Assembly: GCA_951406725.2 (NCBI GenBank)
Contig: OX597839.1
Location: 3,658,001 to 3,722,000, forward strand
From: Octopus vulgaris
Taxonomy: Eukaryota
Direction: 5' to 3'
Length of the DNA: 64,000 bases
Part shown: positions 26,704 through 38,500 of the stretch, one piece after another
How positions within the stretch are numbered: position 1 is the first letter of the stretch
How the letters are laid out: each line of letters starts with the position of its first letter
The notes under the pieces: generated by a model
What the model saw: the letters and a program-made list of their open reading frames with translations, nothing else
What the model was told of the DNA's origin: nothing
The model's database searches: none
Made by a program: the position numbers and the translations under genes

Positions 26704-29700
26704 TCATCATCATCGTTTAACGTCCGTTTTCCGCGCTAGCACGGGTTGGACGGTTCAACCAGGGTCTGGGGAGCCACGGGCTGCCCCAGGCTCCAGTCTG
26801 ATCTGGCAGTGTTTCTACAGCTGGATGCCCTTCCTAATGGCAACCACTCTGCGAGTGTAGTGGGTGCTTTTTACGTGCCACCTGCACAGGTGCCAGAGGG
26901 GTCTGGCATCGGCCACATTCGGATGGTGCTTTTTATGTGCCACCAGGACAGAAGCCAGTTGGGGCGGTGCTGGCATCGGCCATCTGTCTGTCTGTCTATC
27001 TACCTACCTGTCTGTCTGTCTATCTACCTATCTATTTGTCTGTCTGTCTATCTACCTATCTGTCTACCTGCCTGCTTGTCCAGATAGATAAATGGACAGA
27101 CAGACAGACAGATGTCCTCTCACTTCTCTCCTCCGCTCTCTCTGTCCGTCTCTCCTCTATCAGTAGCAACCTCAAAGAAAGAAAACAACAGTTTTTCAGA
27201 AACTCACACAGGGTTATCATTCATGCGCAATAGTGCATAGCTCATTAATTATGTTTTACACACATCAATCATTAATCATGTTTTACACACATGACTAAGA
27301 ACCAACATGGAGGAAATAATTGTCTAGAATTTTCCAGTCAGATTTTAAACAAAATAGAACCACTACTAGAAAATTACTATCAGTAACAATATGGATCAAT
27401 GAATGCCACTTGAGGAAACGGTAATCTGTATCTTGTATTTGTTTTATTCATTGGACCACGGCCATTCTGGGGCAGTCCCTGAAGAATTTTAGTCAAATGA
27501 ATCAACCGTAGATTATTTATTGTCAGGTCTCTTTTATCAAACTGCTAAGTTATGGGAAATTAAATACGCCAGCACTGGTTATGAAGTGTTGGTGGGGGAC
27601 AAGCACACACACACACATGCACACACACAGTCAGTCACTTACTCACATGCATGCACACACACACATATACATACACATACTCACTCACATGTGCATGCAC
27701 ACACACACGCTTGCTCACATGCATGCACAGACCATACACACCACACACACTTGCTCACTCATGCATGCACACACTTGTTCACTTGCATGCACATACCACA
27801 CATGCATGCATGCACACACACATGCATGCACGCACACACACCCTTTCACATGCATATTAACACACACACACACACACACTTGCTCATTCACATGCATGCA
27901 CACACACTCACTCACATTTGTGCGCATACACACACTCACTCACTCATGTGCTTGCACACACACACACACGTTCACTCGCATGCACAGACCACACTCACAC
28001 ACACACACACACTTGTTCACTCACATGCATGCACAGACCACACACACACACACACACTCACTCATTCACATGTATATAAACACATACACACACACACACA
28101 CATGCATGCCGGCAGACACACACATACACACTTATACACAGCTACATATACATCTCGCTTTTTACAGTTCTATATTTAAGAGACGAGGAATTCTGTACAT
28201 TATTTACATATGCCCACAGGCATATGGCATAGTGGTTAAAAGCGCGGACTACTAGCCCCGAGATTCCGAGTTTGATTCCAAGCAGTGACCTGAACACTAA
28301 TAATAATAATAATAATCTTTTCTACTCTAGGCACAAGGCCTGAAATTTTCAGGGAGGGGGCCAGTCAATTAGATCAACCCCAGTATGCAACTGGTACTTA
28401 ATTTATCGATCAAAAAATACCTTAGGAATGAGAATCCAGGTTCGAAATTTTCGCAAGACACCTGAAGAAGGTTGGAGGGTATATTGGCTGAAACGTGTTA
28501 ACAATAAACAAGATGAGGACAAATATCCATCGAATATAAATAATGTATCTCTCTTTTTGTTGTTATTTCCAGTCTTGCTGACGGTTGGTGTGAAGCAGTC
28601 AACTTTGTTCAACAATGTCTTCACAATAATAAACCTCCTCGTGCTTCTCTACGTCATTATTTGTGGATTCTTCCAGATGAAACTGAAAAACTGGCAACTC
28701 ACTCCAGACGAGGTACAGTTGTTTGTTTGTAACATAAATCTTGTTGTCATTGCTGTTTGTTTGTTTGTTGAGCAAAGCAGTCTTCGTCCTAGAAGTCCAC
28801 AATGTGGCCCTTTGCTATTCATAAGACCTGCAGAAGAGAAAGCAGATCAACCCCCGACACAGAGAGCATCAACGAATGGATGAATGCGCATCCAAGCTCA
28901 GTTTTTGCTAGGAAGTCGGTGACAAGAAACAGGAAGAAAGAGTGAGAGAAAGTTGGAGCAAAAGAGTACAACAGGGGTCGCCACCCACCCCCCTGCTGAA
29001 GCCTCGTGGAGCTTTAGGTGTTTTCGCTCGATATACACACGCAACGCCCGGTCTGGGAATCGAAACTGCGATCCTCCGACCGTGAGTCCGCTGCCCTAGC
29101 CACTGGGCTATTGCGCCTCCACTGTTGTTGCTGTTGTTGTTGTTTACTTCTAGCTCAGCTGTGATCCAGCAGATCTCTGATCAAAAGTGTTCTCTCCATG
29201 ACCATCCCAGCTTTTTTTTTTCACCTGACAATGTACAGTGGGGCTTCTGTAACAAAATATATAATCCTTTTTGGAGCCCTGTTCATTAACCAAATTGCCC
29301 ATTGTCTTTTATTTTTTTACTCGTTTCAGTCATTAGATTGTGGCCACGCTGGGGCACTGCCTCTGTTCATGTGTGTGACCATATGTTTCATTGTGTTTGA
29401 GGGGAGGTGAGTGTTTATGTCAGCCATGTTTAATTGGTGGCACATAAAAAGCACCAACCGATCATGGCCGTTGCCAGCCTCCCTTGGCATCTGTACTGGT
29501 GGCACGTAAAAAGCACCCACTACACTCATGGATAGGTTGGCGTTAGGAAGGGCATCCAGCTGTAGAAACACTGCCAGATCAAGATTGGAGCCTGGTGCAG
29601 CCTCCTGGCTTCCTAGACCCCGATGCATTGTGTTCTTGAGCAAAACACTTCATTTCATGTTGCTCCAGTGCACTCAGCTAATGGTTAGGATGTTGCACTC

Positions 29701-32582
29701 ATGACTTCTAGATTGTGGTTTCAATTCCTGGACTGGGCAATGCATTGCTCCAGTCGATTCAGGTGGCAAAAGTGAGTAATCCTGCAATGGACCAGTGTCC
29801 TGTCCAGGTGGGGAATATATATGCCATTGAAACTGAGAAACCAGCCTTTATGGGTCAGTATGACTCGAGAAGGTAACTTTAACTTTTTTTACCTTGTACT
29901 TGCAGTTGCATCCACCCAGGGTGGGTTGAACCAGCTCCATCCAATGAGTTATGTTCAGAGATTCAGTGGGAATACAAGTTCACATCTGGTCCTCAATCAT
30001 ATCTGTTTACGTTTTGAGACAGTGTGATCCACAGCAGCTCATCTCGCTGTCAATTCTCAACCATCACAGAGAATTCACTGACCAAGTCGCCACTGATTAT
30101 TGGGGCAGATATAGCCTGAAATTGAAGCAGGTTCTAGAGACATGCTTTAACTAAAGCTAAGGGGTGCCTCGCTCCCAGTAGTCTTCCAGCATGCTGGACA
30201 CCAACCTGGGGTTTCTGAGGGCCTGAGCTATTACTAAATAGTTGTTGAACTTACACCAAGTTCATCCATCATTTTGACAGGTCAGGCCCATTCCCAGATT
30301 TTGGTGTCTGAGGGTACTTCAGAAAATGCTGGGTGGTCTCTAATTTGTATTGTAACAAGATTTTTGTAATCTGTATTTTCTAAGCCTGAGGGTGCAACAT
30401 TGAATAGTGAGGGGGCATTGCTGTCCAGTGCACCCCTCAGTAACAGATTTATTAGTCAGACTGTGCGGTACCACATAAGTGTGCCTGTGCGGTGCCGCAT
30501 AAGTGTGCCTGTGCAGTGCCGCATAAATATTGTATTGCAGGGAAGATTTTTGTAAACTGTATTTTCTAAGGCGGTGAGCTGGCAGAATCATTAGCACGCC
30601 GAGCGAAATGCTAAGCGGTTTTTCGTCTGCTGTTACGTTCTGAGTTCAAATTCCGCCGAGGTCGACTTTGCCGTTCATCCTTTCGGGGTCGATAAATTAA
30701 GTACCAGTTACACACTGGGGTCGATATAATCGACTTAATCCGTTTGTTTGTCCTCTCTGTCTTTAGCCCCTTGTGGGTAGTAAAGAAATATGTATTTTCT
30801 AAGTATGAGGGTACACCATTGAATAGTAGAAAGGGCAGTGCCGTCCATTGCACCCCCTTAGTGATAGGCCTGTAACAGGCTTTGACAGCTGCATCCATTA
30901 ATCTCACTCTATGCTACATGTTGGTTATTTCGATTTTATCTATTTCAGCTAGCCCCAGGGTACAGTGACAGTAGGTTTACATGAGTTATCGTGGGTTCAT
31001 TTGTCTATTTCAGGTACCTCCTAAGTATGGTAACGGTGGGTTCATGCCTTATGGCGTTTCCGGAATGTTGTCGGGTGCGGCCACATGTTTCTATGGTTTT
31101 GTTGGATTCGACTGTATTGCTACCACAGGTGAGTATTGCTGCTGCTGCTGCCACTGCTGCTATGTTGCTGCCACTCTCACCACCCAACATGCCCACCACC
31201 ACCACCACCACCAATTCCAACACCACCACTAATAATACCACTACTATCACTTCCACCACCACCACATCCATCACCACTACTACCACTACAACCAACTGCA
31301 ACATCACTACTACTACCACCACAACCAACTCCAACACTATCACTACTAATATCACCACTACTACTACGATCACCACCACCATTACTACTACTATTACTAC
31401 CACCACAACCAATTCCAACACCTGCACCACCATCACTACTAATACTACTACCACATCCATCACCACAACTACTACTACTATCACCACCACCACACCACTT
31501 CTACTACCACTACAACCAACTGCAACACCACCACCACAACTACTACTACTACTACTACTACTACTACAACCTTAACCATCTCCAACACCATCATCATCAT
31601 CACAACAATTACTACCACTATCTCCATCATTATCACTGCAACTGTCATTGTCACCACCACCACCACCATCATCATCATCAGAACTATCATCGCCATCATC
31701 ATCATCATCATCACTATCATCATCATGATCATAATTATCATTATCTTCATCATTATAGCCATCACCACTATCATCATCATCATAATCATTATAACCATCA
31801 TCTCTATCATCCTCATCACCATCATTGCTATTATTAATCATAGTCCCTATAACCATCATCACTATCATCATCCTTATAACCATCACCAATGTCATCATCA
31901 TCATCTTGTCCTGTCGTGTCTGTTTCAGGTGAGGAGGCAAAGAACCCGCAAAAAGCCATCCCCATCAGCATCATCCTCTCTCTGATTATTGTGTTCCTCT
32001 TCTACTTCTTCGTGTCGATGGTCTTGACCATGATGTCACCTTACTACCTGCTCGACGTCAACGCACCTCTACCGGCCGTCTTCAGTGCCGTCGGCTGGGA
32101 TACGGCAAAGTATGTAATTGCCGTGGGGGCCATTTGTGCATTGACTGCCAGGTGAGTTATCTCCCCTTGTTTTTATAACCCTTTTATTCTTTCCCTTGTT
32201 TTCTTTATTTCTAATCCTGTAGCTACTACTCAGGCCAAATATACCTTAATCAAATGAAGCTTACATTATAGTTAAGGAACCCCATATTAACTTGCAGAAG
32301 TGTTGTCATGCTGGAGCATCGTCTTGAAAGCTTTGCTTTAGTCGAATGAATCGACCCCCCCCACCTCCAATACTTACTCTTTTACTTGTTTCAGTCATTT
32401 GTCTGTGGCCATGCTGGAGCACCACCTTTAGTCAAAGAAATTGACCCCCAGGACTTATTCTTTGTAAGCCCACTACTTATTCTATTGGCCTCTTTTGCCG
32501 AACTGCCAAGTTATAGGAACGTAAACACACCAACATCGGTTGCCAAGCAATGGTGTGGGGACAAATACATACATATATACAT

Positions 32583-32613
<31 letters not shown>

Positions 32614-34650
32614 GATTGGGCTTTTTTCAATTTCCGTCTACCAAATCCACTCTCAAGGCTGTTGTTGGGCCGAGGCTATAGTAGAACATTTATCCCATCA
32701 TGGGATTGGCCCATTATATATATATATATATATACATACATACACATGCACACGTGTGTGTGAGGGTGCATGGCCTGGATCTTAGTGTTTAGGGTGTTGC
32801 GCTCACGGTCTAGTGATCACAGTTTCAATTCCTAGACCAGGTGGTGTGTTGTATTCTTGAGCAAATCACTTCACATTGCTCTGTGATCTCTTCGACACCT
32901 GACGCAGTGGCACACAGTGCACCCTGTTCAGACAATGTTGATTTGAAGGAGAGAGAGCAAGCTAAAATGTGACATAAACAAATCATTTGTGCAAGTTGTT
33001 AGGCAAAAGCTGAACGCTCATTCTTTCATCTTCAATGAGAGAGCCCATCATACACACACACACACACACACATATATATTAATTAATATATAAATGTTTC
33101 TCTTTCAGTATGGTTGGTGCCATATTTCCTCTACCTAGAGTTGTGTACGCAATGGCTGAAGACAAAGTCATTTTCGGCGTCTTCTCCAATGTCTCTGAAA
33201 AATTCAAAACACCAGTTCTCGCTACCCTGATTGCAGGATTGTTTTCAGGTAGGTTTTTACCAATTTCACACACGTCTTACCACTGCCCCCAACTCTCTCT
33301 TGCTTTATCTCTCTCACTGTTTGATTCTCTATGTCACCATATATGTATGTCTCTGTCTGTCTGTCTGTATCTCTCTTCATCTCTCTCCCTGTCTATCTAA
33401 GTGTCTCTCTGTATCACCTTATAAGTGCATGTTTCTCCCTCTCTCTGCCTGTCTATTTAAATGTCTCTCTATGTCACCATATAAGTGTGTGTGTCTCCCT
33501 CTCTTTGCCTGTCTATTTAAATGTCTCTCTATGTCACCATATAAGTGTGTGTGTCTCCCTCTCTTTGCCTGTCTATTTAAATGTCTCTCTATGTCACCAT
33601 ATAAGTGTGTGTGTCTCCCTCTCTTTGCCTGTCTATTTAAATGTCTCTCTATGTCACCATATAAGTGTGTGTCTCCCTTTCTCTGCCTGTCTACTTAAGT
33701 GGTTCTCTATATCACCATATAAGTGTGTGTGTATCTGTCTCTCTATGCCTCTCTCTCTCATTTAATCAACCCCAAAAGGATGAAAGCCAAAGTCAACCTT
33801 GGCGGAATTTGAACTCAGAACATGACGTCAGACAAAATACCGCTAAGCATTTCGCCCAGTGTGCTAATGTTTGTGCCAGCTCGCCGCCTTTATCTATGGC
33901 CACAGTCAAATGACTGAAACCAGTAAAAGAATAAAAGGAATATAAAACTGCTTTCGACAGTTAAGAATACTGAAATTTTGAGTGGATGTATCTGATTCCC
34001 AGTGAAAGGGTTAACTTATTTTCCTCGCTATAAATTCATGACCTTCTATCAGAAACCATTAATATCCAAGTAACATTCCCATTATTCTCCTTGTGTCCAT
34101 CTCACATTATTTCAGGTCTGACTGCTCTCATTTTTGATCTCACCGAACTGGTGAACATGATGTCTATTGGAACTCTCCTAGCTTACACGTTTGTGGCCAA
34201 GTGTGTTGTTATTCTACGGTAAGTATATTCATCATTTGACATCCATCTGCCATGCTGGCTTGGGTTGGACAGTTTGACTGGAGGCTGGCAAGCCTTGGGA
34301 TTGCACCAAGCACCTCTGTCTGCCTTGGCATGGCTTTTACAGCTGAGTGCTGTTCATAATGCCAACCACCTTAAAGAGTGGACTGTGTGCTGCTTATGCA
34401 GCACCAACACTGGTGAGGATCTGTTTTGGCATGGTTTTCATGGCTAGATGTCCTTGTTAATTTATATATATTTAACAGTCATTTTTGTAGCATTTTTTCA
34501 ATGACCTGTTAACTGAAGAGACAGCTGCGTGGGTTTCTGCCCCAACATCCGAAACAGAGTTTTATCATGGCTATCAAATAATTGTTACATATATTTACAG
34601 ATAAATTCTGCTATTTACATAATATCGAGATCTCTTTCATTCTTTTCTAT

Positions 34651-34693
<43 letters not shown>

Positions 34694-35530
34694 GATATGT
34701 ATGTATGTATGGATATGTATGTATAAAGCCTGTTCCCTTAATACACTTCCGCCTTGTCCAAAAATTCCTTTCCGGTCAATTTCTTTACTTAAGGCAACAA
34801 CATCTGCTCTCTCATTCATTCACCTAGCGGCTATAATCTCGAGCACAGCTAAGTTTGAATGCTTATCTTATTTTTATTTATTTTCACTTCACTTCACTTC
34901 TCGACCAATCATACATGTTTTCCTATCTGTTGTTATTTATCTATCTAACTATTGTATCTAATTTCTCCTCTATTAACTCTTGCCCGACCAAGTCTCGCTC
35001 TATCATCCTTTTTCAACCTTCGCGTGTATTCGCGGTGCACCCACCCTGCCCACCCCCACCACCAATACCGGATATCTCTATATTTTTGCTCCATCTATAC
35101 CGGATGTTGTTTCTCCCACCACCATTATAGGTGTCTACTCTTCGAATGCCCCCTCCTCAATACGCTATTTTCACCATGCATTACCCTCTATCCTACGTTC
35201 TACTTGCCTAAGAACCTGTCATCATTCCTCTGAACCACCCCTCCCCACTGGTGCTCCCCTATATTTCTGCCCCCCCCCCACATAATAAAAAAGCACCATC
35301 CGAACGTGGCCGATGCCAGACCCCTCTGGCACCTGTGCAGGTGGCACGTAAAAAACACCCACTACACTCGCGGAGTGGTTGGCGTTAGGAAGGGCATCCA
35401 GCTGTAGAAACACTGCCAGACTAGACTGGAGCCTGGGGCAGTCCCGAGCTCCCCTGACCCCGGTCGAAACCGTCCAACCCGTGCTAGCGCGGAAAACGGA
35501 CGTTAAACGATGATGATGATGATGATGATG

Positions 35531-35583
<53 letters not shown>

Positions 35584-38500
35584 GTGTATGTATGTATGTA
35601 TATGTATGTGAGTGTATGTATGTATGTATGTATGTATATGTATGTAGGTATATGTGTGTATGTATATATGTGTATGTATGTGTATGTATATATATATGTA
35701 TGTGTATGTATGTATATATGTATGCGTATGTATGTATCTATATATGTATGTGTATGTATGTATATATATATATGTATGTGCATGTATGTATGTATATATA
35801 TATACATATATATATAGTAAATAAAAAAAAAATGAAGAACAAACACAAAAAAAAAACATCAATGTGAGAACGTGGTACATGTAAAGTATTACCAGATGCT
35901 CAGGGAAGGAAAGAAAGGTGGTTTTACGTTTTGAGTGAAGCTCTTCTACAGAAACAGGAAAGTCCAATAGAAAAGGAAGATGGAGGAAAAAAAAAATCAC
36001 CAACGATTCACATGGTTACATTTAAAAAAAAATAAAAACACACACACACACACACATGATGGGGGATGTGTGATTGGACAAATTACTGTTTGAACAAATT
36101 GTCTGGCATGCTAACAATTCTGCTGGGTCTTTGCCTTAATAATAATAATCCTTTCTACTAAAGGCACAGTCTTTCACTGGTACTTAATTTATCGACCCTA
36201 AAAGGATGAAAGGCAAAGATGACCTCGGCGGAATTTGAACTCAAAACATAGCAGGAGACGAAATGCCACTAAGCATTTCACCCGGCATGCTAACAATTCT
36301 GCCAGCTCACCACCTTAATAATAATAATAATAATAATGATAATAATAATCCTGTCGACTATAAACACAAAGCCTGAAACTTTGGGGGAGGGGGTTAGTCA
36401 ATTTCATCGACGTCCCCCCAATCCCACCCCACCCCAGCGGATAACTGGTACTTATTTTATTGACCCCAAAAGGATAGAAGGCAGAGTTGACGTTGGCGGA
36501 ATTTGAACTCAGAACGGAGCAATGGGTGAAGTACTGCTAAGCATTTCACCCGGCATGCTATCAATTCTGCCATCTCATTGCCTTCAATGATAATGATAAT
36601 AATGATAAGACGAATTTTTCTGATTTAAACACTGCATGCATTTTTGTCTGGCACCTGTGCTGGTGGCACGTAAAAAGCACCATCCGTACATGGCCGATGC
36701 CAGCGCCGCCTTGACTGGCTTCCGTGTCAGTGGCACGTAAAAAGCACCAACCGATCGTGGCCGTTGCCAGCCTCCCCTGGCACGTAAAAAGCACCCACTA
36801 CACTCACGGAGTGGTTGGCGTTAGGAAGGGCATCCAGCTGTAGAACCACTGCCAGATCAGACTAGAGCCTGGTGCAGCCTCCTGGCTTCCCAGACCCCGG
36901 TCGAACCATCCAACCCATGCTAGCATGGAAAACAGACGTGAAACGATTATTATGATGATGATGATGTGTGTGTGTGTGTGTGTTATTGCAAATACAATTC
37001 TCACTCTAACAATTCTCTGTTATTGTATTTCCAGCTATAAAAAGACAATCTTTGAAGAGCCGTTGATATCCGACCGTGGCACATATTACAATTCCACTTC
37101 AGTCAACACGTAAGTCACCATTATACACCTTTTCAATAAGTCTTCTGATCGTTGTTCTTTCATAAACCCACCCAAAACCAATGTTTCTCAACCATTTTTC
37201 TCCTATGGGCTCCTTTGATTTCCATTTTTCTCAGATGTGCTCTCATAGCCATTTGACATTTAATACCTTAACGTTTACACTGACCATATCAGGCTCAAAT
37301 ATTTTACCTGATTTATATCCAAAGGGACATGGCTCAATGGTTAGATGTAGTGAGTTTGATTTCCAGACTAGGTGTGTTGTGTTCTTGAACAAGACACTTT
37401 ATTTCATATTGCTCCAAGATCATATGAACTTCAGTTGGGAACCACTGAATTAAGCCATTCTCAAATGACCGACACACCTGATAGCTGTCACTCACCTGAC
37501 TACCTCTGTTAAGTCTAGTAATTGTATGTCTACCTGCTCACCAAATGATATGTTCTAATTTCTCTTTGCTCCATTGTAGTCCCAACACAGATATGCAGAA
37601 AGTTACTCCGAGTTTCTCCTTTGCGATGTTGTTCAAAAGTCAACAGGATGTACCAAACCAGACCACCGAGAAGATTGTGCTCGTTACATCTTCGCTACTC
37701 AGTGAGTATTCTCAAACACTCTTCGTTCTTCATTTAATTACTTAATCTAATGGTAGAGTCTTGAGTCTGAGAAAGATGATTCCACAATTTCTTGCTGAAT
37801 AACCTGCATGGTCAGATAATTTGCTTAACCCTTTAGCATTCAAACTAGCCATATCTGCCCCATATATTCTACCTGTTTTATGTTTAAAACAGCCAAATTT
37901 AGTCCCTCACACCTGTTCTACAATGTTATTCTAAAAATAAACATTTACCTCTTTGAAATCTTAATATTATGAGACGATGCATGATAGATTTAAAATACTA
38001 TGAACAAATAAGCATTAGAATTGATGAACATAGGCGTAGGAGTGGCTGTGTGGTAAGTAGCTTGCTTACAAACAACATGGTTCCAGGTTCCGTCCCACTG
38101 CATGGCACCTTGGGCAAGTGTCTTCTACTATAGCCTCAGGCCAACCAAAGCCTTGTGAGTGGATTTGGTAGACGGAAATTGAAAGAAGCCCATTATGTGT
38201 GTGTTTATGTGTCTGTGTTTGTCCCCTCCCCCCAACATTGCTTGACAACCGATGCTGGTGTGGTTACATCCCCGTAACTTAGCGATTCGGCAAAAGAGAC
38301 CGATAGAATAAGTACGAGGCTTACAAAGAATAAGTCCTGGGGTCGATTTGCTCAATCGACTAAAGGTGGTGCTCCAACATGGCCACAGTCAAATGACTGA
38401 AACAAGTAAAAGAGTAATCTGAATGGTAAATGGTTTATAGTCATCAAACGTTTGTGTTGCGCATTAGTTCACACCCTCTATCACATTGATGTTACCTGTA

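Noticed and set aside
29900-30340. Coding-like unique segment in intron 5
   Set aside because: Stops in all frames examined and no recognisable motif; probably an old TE remnant.
30991-31985. Poly-Thr/His/Val/Asp ORFs resembling mucin or His-rich proteins
   Set aside because: Trinucleotide tract inside intron 6, bounded by canonical splice sites of exons 6 and 7.
32152-34115. Mutually exclusive duplicate of exon 8 as in vertebrate CAT-2A/2B
   Set aside because: No second exon-8-like sequence seen in introns 7 or 8.
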